From contig NC_047072.1 of NCBI RefSeq assembly GCF_902459465.1, positions 15,872,001 through 15,936,000 of the forward strand: a DNA stretch of 64,000 nucleotides, read 5' to 3'. The notes beneath the pieces are model-generated. The model ran no database searches. It saw only the letters and a program-made list of their open reading frames with translations, and was not told the origin of the DNA. Within the stretch, counting starts at the first letter, position 1. The number at the start of each line of letters is the position of its first letter. A program made the position numbers and the translations under genes. This stretch comes from Asterias rubens (lineage: Eukaryota). Positions 1-11,356 of this stretch are shown in pieces.

Positions 1-236
1 AAAATTACTCTCTAATATGTTCTCTTGTTTTGGATATGTTCAACACCTCCATCCCAAAATCCAGGTTTGATTATTTGTTGCTTTAAAAAAAAAAAAATTG
101 TGGTATGGATTTATTGATTGACATGATCATCACATCTTCTGGTTGCACAATATTGGGAGTCAATGCCCCTACATGTATGTGCTACATAGTGTAGTGCAAA
201 ATCTATTCAGACAATTCAGTTTTAATTTTATCTTAA

Positions 237-629
237 AGGAACACGTTGCCTTGGATCGGTCGATTTGGTCTTTGAAAAGCGTTCTGTAACCGTTTTTTTT
301 ATAAAATGCATATGGGTAGACAGATGTTGTAAAAGTATAATAAATGCATGTTGTAAAATGTAAAAATACGCCTTGAAATTGCGGGGTTTTCCTTTTACCT
401 CGTCGACTAACACGGTCGGCCATTTATGGGAGTCAAATTTTTGACTTCCATAAATGGCCGACTGTGTTAGTTTGCGACGTAAAAGGAAAACCGTGCAATT
501 TTGAGTGATACTTGTGTGGATTATTGTATTCTACTTTTAAAACATCTTTCTAACCACATGCATTTCATAACAAACGGTTTCAAAGGCTTTTTATAGACCA
601 ACTTGTCCGATCCAAGGCAACGTGTTCCT
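237..629. mobile_element. Non-autonomous TTAA-targeting DNA transposon, Kolobok-like, family A
   Basis: TTAA at 233-236 and 630-633; perfect 23-bp TIR AGGAACACGTTGCCTTGGATCGG; internal palindrome at ~411-466. AG...CT termini differ from piggyBac. Confidence 0.8.
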
Positions 630-769
630 TTAATGGCAGCTTGTTATGTTAAAATCGCTAACACGTGTACATAGGCCTGTTTTCAAACCATAGGCTCCAA
701 CTCCGAATTGGGCTCCATTTGCCCCTTAATTTGAAACACGTGAAAGCACTGGGTGAAGGGATGCTGATT

Positions 770-3700
770 TTAGGGCGCAGTGTTTTTAGGTTTACCCGGA
801 TGGTAGCCTTTTCTCCAGTCACTACTCTTAAAAGTTTCAAAGTTGTAGTCTGTTGGGAAATCTGTCAACGAAACACACAAATAATGATGTCAGAGATGTT
901 TATTTTCAAATGAGACACAACAAAAGCGGTTCAGTTCTATTTTGAGAATAAAAAACTTGATTGCAGGACAATTCTATGAAGTCAATTTAAAAAGTTGAGT
1001 TAATAATAGAATATACGGTACAGAGAATCAACACACAATTTTAGGGGCGTAGAAAAAACACCTTATTTGATGTGATTTTCATCAAGGCATTTTTAAGGGC
1101 GGAAATATATTTTTTCTATAAGAACTTCATACCATAATATACATTGTTTGAATTCTTAGGTCTAGTAAAATAAATATTTATGATTATGTAAACAAAGTGG
1201 ATCAGTATATTGTAATTGTTGGGTCTATAACATGATTTGGTAAATGATTTCATTTGTAGGGATAAAAACGTCATACAGACACATTGAGAAAAACTAAGCA
1301 ATGATTTGAGCTCATTCGTTTTGATTCAGGCCTGATGCTTGAAACAGTTCTAGGTGAAATCCATGTCCAAGCAATACCAGCAACCATCATGGCGCACTGA
1401 CATTGAAGCTATGTGATACACTCGAAGTAAAGTAACCTGCCATAGTTTCATGTACACTACAGAATGGCATCCATAATGGTCCAGTGACTAGAGTAATGTT
1501 TCAGGGGTGGACTTGAGCACTACACAAGAAACAATTAGTGTTGTAGTTTTTATAATGATCCTGTACTGTAGCATACCTGACATGTAATCTATTCTGGGTA
1601 CAGCTATTGTAGCATGTTTCTTCATCAATCCAGTCCAAAATGTATTCAACACTGTAGGGTTAGCACTGTCTACACTTGAGGGGTTACAACAAGGTTTAGT
1701 AACACTGGATGTACTATCAACACTGTCCTCTTCAGTATGTGTGCTGTTTATGGGTACATGTAGCTCATCAGTAAAGAATGAACCCCATTGGTTGGACAGA
1801 AGGAATTCTCTCTCCAACTTGGATGGACCCTGCAGGGAGAATTCTCATTAGATTGCATATCAAAAGATCATCTAGAATCAGGGTTATGGGTTCAAATCCA
1901 ACCCGAGTAGGGATTCAGAAAGCACTGAGAATGCATAGTTTAGTTATCCCTAATACAATTATTCCAACTTGGACGGACCCTTCAGGGAGAATTATCATTA
2001 GGTTTCATATCAAAAGATCATCTAGAATCAGGGTTATGGGTTAAAATCCAACCCGAGTAGGGATTCAGAAAGCACTGAGAATACATAGTTTAGTAATCCC
2101 TTATACAACTAATCCAATTGGATGGACCCTTAAGGGAGAATTATCATTAGGTTTCATATCAAAAGATCATCTAGAATCAGGGTTATGGGTTCAAATCCAA
2201 CCTGAGTATGGACTCAGAAAGCACTGAGAATACATAGTTTAGTAATCCCTTATACAACTAATCCAATTGGATGGACCCTTAAGGGAGAATTATCATTAGG
2301 TTTCATATCAAAAGATCATCTAGAATCAGGGTTATGGGTTCAAATCCAACCTGAGTAGGGACTCAGAAAGCACTGAGAATACATAGTTTAGTTATCCCTA
2401 ATACAATTATTCCAACTTGGCTGGACCCTTCAGGGAGAATTATCATCAGGTTTTATATCAAAAGATCATCTAGAATCAGGGTTATGGGTTCAAATCCAAC
2501 CTCAGTAGGGATTCAGAAAGCACTGAGAATACATAGTATCCTTACCCCTAATGCAATTGTCACATAACCTACTGCTAACTGCCAAAGGAATACATATTTT
2601 AGTGTAACTACACCGTGATTCTCACGTTCTATGGGGAAAAAACACCATAGGGTACTCCGATTGAATTCAAAACAACCCCCCCTGCATTCTAATGCAGATG
2701 ACTGAACCGTAACACAAGACAATTAATCATGCCTGATCATGAGACCATGCCAATAAGCCGCTTTGACGTATGGTGGACGTGATACGCGTGTCACACGCAG
2801 CGCGACTTATGCCACGCTCACCATGTTGATGGTCATTAGGTTTACGTGTTAACTCCCGCATCGCCTAAAATGTGCACTGCACTGAATAACACACGTTCTA
2901 TTTCTATGGTCAATACGCACAAATTTACCCAAACCTTATAGTGTTGTAGCATTGTGTCCGCCATATCTCAAAAAAGCTTATGGGAATAAGCAGGCCACCA
3001 AGGAATACATGTAAAATCCGAATCCAAGCAACACAGACAACCATCATAGTGCATGGTAATTTTGAAGCAATGCGGTGCACAGCTTTGTTAAAATGCAGGC
3101 ATAGTATTTTGCAAACTACAGCATCTTGGCAGCTTTTTTTATTTGTTAACTGTACTCAGTTTCTCATGGTGCTTATCCTTGATGCAATTATTACATCTTC
3201 ATTGTTGCCTTCAAGCTCATTACAGGATTCAAACAGTAGTTCAAACTGGTGGTCTAGAGGTTCAGACATTTTCTCTTAAATGCTGGGTTCAATTCCCACC
3301 TAATATATATATAGCTTGTAGGTTTTTCCACAGAACTTAAAAAGCTTAGTGTATGTATGCTTTATTCCCTATACAATTTTTCGCTAGACTTAAACATCAT
3401 CTCATCAAATAGAAACGACATGTATCAATTCCAGGCTAATTGTTTCGCAGATATCTGAGTGCACTTGAAGTAAAAACTGCTTATTTGAATTTTAGTCTTG
3501 CAGACCTTGTTCTACTTGATAATGCTATCATGTACTTACAAACTGCATCTTAAAATGCTAACTGAAATATAAATTGAGGGAGGGGCGTCACCCCCCTTCC
3601 TGTCTAGTCAATACATCCCTAGTAGAGAGAGTTGATATATAAAAACCATGCTTTAACCTACTGTTCTGGTATTTGGTCCGTCACTCTGATCTGTTGCCAT

Positions 3701-6058
3701 GCCAACAGAGGTTTCATTTGGGAGAAGTTCCTCAACTTCCATCTCTTCCAGCACAAAGACAGTCTGCCAGTTGCCATGGGTACTGCAAGGGTGAATATCG
3801 GACCTCATACTGTCACCAAAATACAACACCTAAAACAACAAAATTAGCCAAATATTATACTAAAAACTAACCCACGAGTGATTTACTAGGATCTTTCCTC
3901 ACTCTAACAAAACCCAACACCATATGGTAACTCAGCTCAAAACTGTTTGACTCTGAGTATGGTGGTAAGCCTGATCCCATGAGTGATTTATTTAGGTTTC
4001 TTCCTCCTTGGAAGTGTCGTGGCCGAGCGGTTAAGAGCACCAAATTCAAACTCTGGTGTTTCTTATTAGCAGGGTGTGGGTTCGAATTTCCAGCCGTAAC
4101 ACGTGTGTCCTTGAGCAAGACACTTAACCATTGCTTCGTCCTTCGGATGGGACGCAATGCCGCTGGTCCCATGTGTTGTGTAACGCATGTAAAAGAACCC
4201 AGTGCACTTTTCGAAAAGAGAAGGGGTTCGCCCCGGTGTTCCTAGCTGTGGCTGCTGTATGCGCTGAAGCACCTTGTAAACCCTTATATGGTGCTAAATA
4301 GTTGGGTCTCAGAATTCATCACTGCAATAACCTATCTTTCTGAAAGTTTGTATATACTCAGCGCCTGGAGTACCTTGTTTGGTAGATACGTGCGCTATAT
4401 AAGACTTCGATATTATTATTATTATTATAACATATAATCATAAAAATGCATCATCATTTAACTCTATATATGCATGAGCCAAAAATAAGTTTGTGGTTTA
4501 AGATGACCTTGCCACATCAGTTGTTTAAAAAAGTTTGTAGCCTTTAAAAGTTTGTAGTCCCTGCTAGAAAGTTCTCAAGAGGGAAGATGTTGTGATAATA
4601 CTTACGAAGGACTTGTACAAGTCTACACGCATGTTTATTCATGCTAGTAGTAAGCCCAGATTGTATGTCACACAACCAGTTCTACAGATACTCAATAAAC
4701 CATTGTGTTTCAACTTAAAACAACAAGTCACCAACCTTGTAACTATTACAACAATTGACAGCTTGAATATTGTTTGGTTGGTCAAATAAAACTAAGCAGG
4801 TGCTGGCAATATTATCCAGATATCCACTGGCCCTGTCAGTCTGTTTACAATCATATTTCCAAATTCCTGTACTTTTATTATTGTTGTTATAAAAAATATT
4901 CATATATACCCCAGACAGTTTCGCTATGGACTGATCCGGCCTGTCAATCAAACTGTGCACGTTCACCCATTTGACCAATCACAGCAATGATTGTGGTCGG
5001 ACAGACTCGGTCATGCGTGCGCGTATATTTGGCACGCGCGGAAGAATCATGCAGAATGTCATTGGGAGTGCTCGTACACGTGTCTTGCTCACGTGCGCGG
5101 TGGGCGGAGCTTAGTGGAAAGCCAGAACGATCCATTCCTAATTGGTGGAGAGTGTGTCACATTGGGGTGTTTCGGCTGATAGACACAGCTCAAGCTGTTA
5201 ACTTTAATTATGACCGGCTGGCTTGGATGTGGGGCGCGCAAGCTAATGTACGCCAATTTAAATTACGGGGAACGCAATTCATAGCTAGTCCTACTAATAG
5301 TAACAGGGCATAATATGTTTGTACACAAGCGTGTATACACCTGCTGGCAATACACATGCGCGTAAAACTTCAAAAAATTCTCAAAAAACACCTCACTGAG
5401 GTGTTTTTTTCCTCAGTATCGCAATGTCTTTTTTTGTAAAATTATTTCGCTTTTTAACAAGGGCATTTATGAATGGGAAGAAAAGAGTAGTGATGAGTTC
5501 TTAAAACTGGCCATTTGAAACCCTGGTCCCTGCAGGGACGTCGTGGTCATGCGATAAAGGCCATCGCCTTCGGCTCGGGCCTGCATCACATGACCACGAC
5601 CCTGGGGGTTTTAAACGGCCATTTTAAGAAATTGTCACCTACTCTTTTATTCCCGTATTATATTTTGTTATACTAAATATTAATAATATTTTATTTAAAA
5701 TAATTCTAAAGGGTATGCCCCTTAATTAAATTTATGATGGCCTTCAGTTCAGTCTTCACACATAAATTAGTGTTTTCAGTTTTTATTTATGTTTTAAATT
5801 AATCATGTAAAAATACAAACAAATATTTATGATAATTGCGCACAGTAAAACTTTAAAAACTCAGCTTACTCAGAAAGTTTACAAAAAAAAAGTTTTGTAC
5901 TACGGTAGGTCTATTCAAAACTTGTGTAAACTTTTCTAAGTCCTTACCGAAAAGAAGTTGTCCAACTTATATTTGCATAAGGTGTGGTCTAAATCGAAGC
6001 CAACACAATCAAAACCCTGAATATTCATGAAAACTGAGCCATTTTCTGAGGAATTCAT
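770..6058 (-). CDS. NT5DC1: 5'-nucleotidase domain-containing protein 1-like (HAD family); only 4 coding exons found, middle of the protein apparently missing
   Basis: Minus-strand exons with GT-AG sites and matching phases: 6058-5948 (MNSSENGSVFMNIQGFDCVGFDLDHTLCKYKLDNFFS, HAD motif I DxD), 3829-3662 (VLYFGDSMRSDIHPCSTHGNWQTVFVLEEM..., motif IV), 1829-1577 (GPSKLEREFLLSNQWGSFF...HATIAVPRIDYMS), 861-770 (DFPTDYNFETFKSSDWRKGYHPGKPKNTAP*). These resemble NT5DC1 segments as I recall them (VGFDLDHTLC, VYFGDS..SDI, WGSFF, TIAIP, PLDYKF..GYYP). Joined length is 207 aa. Confidence 0.82.
1800..2530. repeat. ~150-bp tandem repeat x~5 containing the NT5DC1 splice acceptor
   Basis: CAAAAGATCATCTAGAATC recurs at 1861, 2011, 2160, 2309 and 2459. 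Confidence 0.9.
4010..4428 (+). mobile_element. tRNA-derived SINE, apparently full length
   Basis: A box TGGCCGAGCGG, B box GGTTCGAAT, body GTGTCCTTGAGCAAGACACTTAAC and an (ATT)n tail at 4411-4428. Related heads occur at ~55150, ~56800-56887 and ~57160. Confidence 0.8.
5475..5655. mobile_element. Imperfect palindromic MITE-like element
   Basis: GGGAAGAAAAGAGTAG..CTTAAAACTGGCCATTTGAAACC versus GGTTTTAAACGGCCATTTTAAG..CTACTCTTTTATTCCC. Confidence 0.55.
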
Positions 6059-6862
6059 TGTGGTCTAGAAGAAGAAGAAAAAGAATAGATGAAAAGCACG
6101 TTTTGTTGATTGTTATAATTGCATTCCGACCTGCTGCACAATAAATACATTTTTGTTACTGTTTTTTTTTTGCAGTGTAGTTATTTTCTTAGACTGCATC
6201 ACTTGTTATTAACGTGAAATACAGGCTTCAGTGCTCTGGGTACCAGTCAATATTAGTCTGGTGCTCTCACACTAGGAATGTAGCTACATGAATAGAAATA
6301 CGTAATCGGGAACCAGACGAAAACTGACATTTTTTTTGCAGACGACAGAGAAAAAGGAGAGAGGGGGAGAGAGAGTCGTTTTATTATCTGCATTTTTTTG
6401 CCTTTTATTTCTGTATCTGCTGGAAAACCCCAAGACATTCACCGTTGAGGGCCGAACCACAATTAGTGACTAATAGTAAGTATACAATTTTTCATTTAGT
6501 ACTCAAGTCAAATGCGCATAAATAAGGAGAAACCTTCAATTCAAGACAGGTTTTCTGAGATAAAACTAACAAATAATAATGCCAAGGCCTGCTGCGCGCG
6601 CATTCAATTATTCATTCACTTCATTCATTCAGCACACACAGAGTTAGAGTAGATTTAGACTAAGATAAGAACAGCACTCACAATATCAGTATCATTCAAT
6701 GCTTACAGGAGTGCGATCTCCAGCCAAAATACCGTTCCACTTGTAATACAAGTTGTGTTGTTGTACATGTATATATTTCGGCCTTGGCATATATACCAGT
6801 CAACTGTTTCTACTACTTTCTAAGCTAAATCCATTCTTAATTTAAAATTAATAAAATATTAA

Positions 6863-7242
6863 AGGCAGTGGACACTTATTGGTAATTACTCAAAAATAAT
6901 TATCACCATAAAACCTTTCTTGATTCTGAGTAATGGGGAGAGGTTGATAGTATAAAACATTGTGAGCAACAGCTCCCTCTGAAGTGACGTAGTTTTCGAG
7001 AAAGAAGTAATTTTCCACGAATCTGATTTCGAGACCTCAAGTTTAGAACTTGAGGTCTCGAAATCAAGCATCAGAAAGCACACAACTTCGTGTGACAAGG
7101 TTGTTTTTTCTTTCATTATTATCTTGCAACTTCTACGACCGATTGAGCTCAAATTTTCACAGGTTTGTTATTTTATGCATATGTTGAGATACACCAAGTG
7201 AGAAGACTGGTCTTTGACATTTACCAATAGTGTCCTCTGTCT
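6863..7242. mobile_element. Kolobok-like non-autonomous element, family B
   Basis: TTAA-AGGCAGTGGACAC(T)TATTGGTAA ... TTACCAATAGTGTCCTCTGTCT-TTAA. Confidence 0.75.
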
Positions 7243-7326
7243 TTAATAAACATATAGGCCGAGCAACTGCAAGTTTAAATGCAAAACATTCCTCACACTT
7301 TTGCAGAAAAAGACATCATATTTACA

Positions 7327-9196
7327 ATGGAAGAAGGAGGCGTGGTTCCGGATGTTGTTGATGTTGCAGTCCCAACTGCAGCAGAAGTTAAATGGGATAG
7401 TGGAGCAACTGCACAGATGGGCAATGTCTGTACACCAACTCAGGTACCCCACTAAAAACACAACCTTCATTCAATGTCTGTACACCCACTCAGGTACCCA
7501 CTACAACCTTCATCAGTTCAATCATAGAGTGAGGCTTACTCTATGGTTCAATGTCTGTACACCAACTCAGGTACCCCACTCATAACACAACCTTCATTCA
7601 ATGTCTGTACACCAACTCAGGTACCCACTACAACCTTCATCAGTTTATTTCAATGTCTGTACACCCACTCAGGTACCCACTACAACCTTCATCAGTTTAT
7701 TTCAGTGTCTGTACACCCATTCAGGTACCCACTACAACCTTCATCAGTTTATTTCAATGTCTGTACTCCCACTCAGGTACCCACTACAACCTTCATCAGT
7801 TCAATCATAGAGTAAGGCTTACACTATGGTTCAATGTCTGTACACCAACTCAGGTACCCCACTCATAACACAACCTTCATTCAATGTCTGTACACCAACT
7901 CAGGTACCCACTACAACCTTCATCAGTTTATTTCAATGTCTGTACACCCACTCAGGTACCCCACTAATAACACAACCTTCATTCAATGTCTGTACACCAA
8001 CTCAGGTACCCACTACAACCTTCATCAGTTTATTTCAATGTCTGTACACCCACTCAGGTACCCCACTCATAACACAACCTTCATTCAATGTCTGTACACC
8101 AACTCAGGTACCCACTACAACCTTCATCAGTTTATTTCAATGTCTGTACTCCCACTCAGGTACCCACTACATCCTTCATCAGTTTATTTCAGTGTCTGTA
8201 CACCCATTCGGGTACCCACTACAACCTTCATCAGTTTATTTCAGTGTCTGTACACCCATTCAGGTACCCACTACAACCGTTATCAGTTCAATGTCTGTAC
8301 CCACTCAGGTACCCACTACAACCGTTATCAGTTTATTTTGCCTTTTTTCATATTTTGTTTAAATTATTTTAATAACAATTTATTTATTTACACTGTTTTT
8401 GTAACACCTCTACAACCTAAGACCTTCATCAAACAGCCCAGTTACACACAAGACAAGTATGCACTAAGATTCATTGATACGACAAAAATTACATTATGAT
8501 TTGTTAAGTCTATTATTGCTTGATTTATATTTAAACTACAGATACAGAATCAGCCAACTGTCACCTGGCCAACAGAAGAGGGCGCTCTTTACACTGTTGT
8601 AATGACTGATCCAGATGCACCAAGCAGGGCTGATCCAAAGTTCTGTGAGTGGCGACACTGGCTGGTAGTGAATGTATCTAACAATGATATCAGTAGCGGC
8701 AGTGTTAGATCAGAGTATATCGGAGCAGGACCACCAAAAGACACAGGTAGGTTTTGTCCCCATGGTGTTCTTTTTGAACAGCTTCAAAGGAACCTTTGAG
8801 GAATATTCAACGAAGGATTTTTAACCAAACTTTATCAATGCATTTTGTACATTGGGTCTCTTGGTCCTCAAATTTTCACCTCACTTCATTTTTATAATGA
8901 AACAGACAGTTGATGTGTGACTCATTTCCATTGCAGGCTTACATCGCTATGTCATCCTCATCTACAAGCAGCCAGGTTTCATCAACCCAGAGAGAATCCC
9001 CTTCTACCCAAACTGTGACATTAATGGAAGAGCCAAGTGGAAGGTTCGTGAGTTTGCCAAAAGTCATGGACTTGGGAATCCTGTGGCAGGCAACTTCCTT
9101 CAAGCTGAGCATGATGAGTATGTCACCAAATTGTATGCAAAGTTTTCTGAATTTGCAGCTAAGAAGAGAGATGAGGCTGGTACCACAGAGGGGTAA
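7327..9196 (+). CDS. PEBP: Phosphatidylethanolamine-binding protein (PEBP/RKIP family), 3 coding exons, 193 aa
   Basis: Exons 7327-7443 ([13 protein letters not shown]...MGNVCTPTQ), 8542-8746 (IQNQPTVTW...[24 protein letters not shown]...[10 protein letters not shown]) and 8937-9196 ([12 protein letters not shown]...[20 protein letters not shown]...*). Family motifs DPDAPS, GPP..TGLHRY and AGNF are present; phases 0 and 1 are consistent. An acceptor at 7306 implies an upstream exon that I did not locate. Confidence 0.95.
7423..8335. repeat. ~50-52-bp minisatellite derived from the PEBP exon 1 donor (17 copies)
   Basis: CAATGTCTGTACACC(A/C)ACTCAGGTACCC repeated; the first copy is the true exon end. 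Confidence 0.92.
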
Positions 9197-9477
9197 TGAC
9201 CCCCTCATCCTCACAGTGAGTTGACCACTTGAAACCATTCCACTGCATGGGGTTTGTAGGTTTATAAGTACATGTGTATAGGCCTATTAGTTACTTCTGC
9301 AATGCTTACATTTATTTTGTCAATTACCCTTTTCCAAAATAACAGATTTTGTTTGTTTGTGTGAATTTGTATTTCAATCATAAAATTATTTAATTGGGTC
9401 AAATCTGTTTTATAAAAAAACAGTATCAGAAGTAATGTGAGAAGATTAATGTTGTGTTCATACCGTATTAATTGCAA

Positions 9478-9772
9478 ATGTAGGGATGTTGGATTACAGT
9501 CTATGTTGTCAATGCGGCTATCGGCTGCATCTTAGACCTTGTGGAGCCACTTCAAATGTAGGGTTATTGGATTACAGTCTATGTTGTCAATGCCGCTATT
9601 GGCTGGGTCTTAGACCTTGTGGAGCCACTTCAAATGTAGGGATGTTGGATTACAGTCTATGTTGTCAATGCGACTATCGGCTAGGTCTTATACCTTGTGG
9701 AGCCACTTCGTAGGGTGTAGGGATGTTGGATTACAGTCTATGTTGTCAATGCGGCTATCGGCTAGGTCTTAG
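9478..9772. repeat. ~79-bp tandem repeat x~3.5 downstream of the PEBP stop codon
   Basis: GTAGGGATGTTGGATTACAGTCTATGTTGTCAATGC recurs four times. Confidence 0.85.
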
Positions 9773-10604
9773 AATCAGTGCTTTTCAAGTCATGTGCAGA
9801 GATTCTTTACCCCAATTGCTAACCCCTGTTCGCATGAAACATTACAGTGAATCCTTGGCAATCTACTCTAAGGCATGTCCCTATTTCAGTCTTGTAAGCA
9901 TGTGTAATTATTTTGATTCAGGTCTTGGGCTAATTATAGGGCTTTGTAAAGTAGCCCACATGACTAAAAAACTGTGCATATTACTTGGCCCAAGAGGCCC
10001 AGATTTTACACATATTGTCATAAATGTAACATCCTGATCTATTAGAGGTAAGGGACACCACCAGTGTAATGGTGAAATGAAGTTAAATTCCATCACTCAA
10101 AAGTTACACATTTTAAACATTTATTATTCACATCTGAAAAGGAAGAAATAGGAGCATATAAAACACATAGGATTCACAGCTTTTAGTTGCCAAAAGGGCA
10201 AGTTGAGAAGTGGTATTCACTAGCCTTTGGCAGTTGGCAGTTTTTACTAGATGTTTTATGCTGGGCTTGTGTTAAAGATTGTCCTTGTAATTCAAATGAA
10301 CCATTTTATCGCATGGGTTTTGTACACACAAATAAACAGTGGAAACCACATTGGAAACCACATTGGAAACTGACAAGGTAAATTTTAAATGAATATGGGT
10401 TGAAAAAGAAAAATTGATGGGATGTTGATCCGGAGGTCAGTGATTCTAGTAAATTTCTCTTTGTTCAATCCCAAATAAAAAAACAGTCATTAACAGCAAT
10501 ATGGTCCCATAATGTTTGTATACAAAGTAAACTTTTAGTGAAAAAGATCTTTTGTGTGAAAGCACAAGATCTAATATACTATTCAAAGTGAAAATGTTAA
10601 TATT

Positions 10605-11030
10605 TCTAAATAAAAGTTTCAAACAATGAAAGCCTTTGAAAACACTAGGCGACAGCAGACCGACTACCATGTTAATTTTTATTGTTTATGTAGTTCTAAA
10701 CTTGCGCATATTTCTAAATCAAGGTTTCAAACAATGAATGCCTTTGAAAACACTAGGTGACCGCAGACTACCATGTTAATTTATATTGTATTTGTAGTTC
10801 TAAATATGCGCATATTTCTAAATCAAGGTTTCAAACAATGAATGCCTTTGAAAACACTAGGTGACAGCAGACTACCATGTTAATTTATATTTTATTTGTA
10901 GTTCTAAATATGCGCATATTTCTAAATCAAGGTTTCAAACAATGAATGCCTTTGAAAACACTAGGTGACAGCAGACTACCTTGTTAATTTTTATTGTTTA
11001 TGTAGTTCTAAACATGAGCATATTTCTGAG
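10605..11030. repeat. ~103-bp tandem repeat x~4 downstream of the YRDC stop codon
   Basis: GTTTCAAACAATGAATGCCTTTGAAAACACTAGG recurs four times. Confidence 0.85.
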
Positions 11031-11356
11031 AGCAATATATTTACCTGGCTATAATTTCTCATCACAGCTTTCCCTAGAATTCTGCGCTTACTCCCTCCTG
11101 TACAATCCAAGATTCTATGTGCTGTATTGTAAGCTAAGAATTCCGCAGTAAGCAAGGCCATGAAATTGCAAACATAGTCTGCTGCCATCTAGAGTTGCAA
11201 GAACTTCCCAAGTGTAAGAGTTAATGGTGTTAATACCCAAACCCAGTTTAAAACGATAGTACAAAAATATATAACATATTTTGATTATGTTGTAAAAAAT
11301 AACATGATCCATAAATAGCAGAAGTATTCTTAGAATGTCATCAGAATTGGACTGTG

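Noticed and set aside
169-423. Similar short ORFs at 169-423 and 16535-16985
   Set aside because: They are translations of two copies of the same non-autonomous TTAA element.
4607-4681. Possible NT5DC1 middle exon (NWLCDIQSGLTTSMNKHACRLVQVL; AG...GTAAGT on the minus strand)
   Set aside because: Only faint resemblance to the motif-II region, and it ends in phase 1 with no partner exon to restore the frame. Not supportable without an alignment.
7500-8335. Hammerhead ribozyme core (CTGATGA on the minus strand of the PEBP array)
   Set aside because: No GAAA following a stem II, and no stems I or III could be built.
7543-8499. 178-aa and 221-aa repeat ORFs
   Set aside because: Products of the PEBP junction minisatellite; the PEBP frame closes at GTA CCC CAC TAA.
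8640-8670. PEBP pocket variant WRHW instead of WHHF/W as a novelty
   Set aside because: WRHW is, as I recall, already found in PEBP4 and invertebrate family members.
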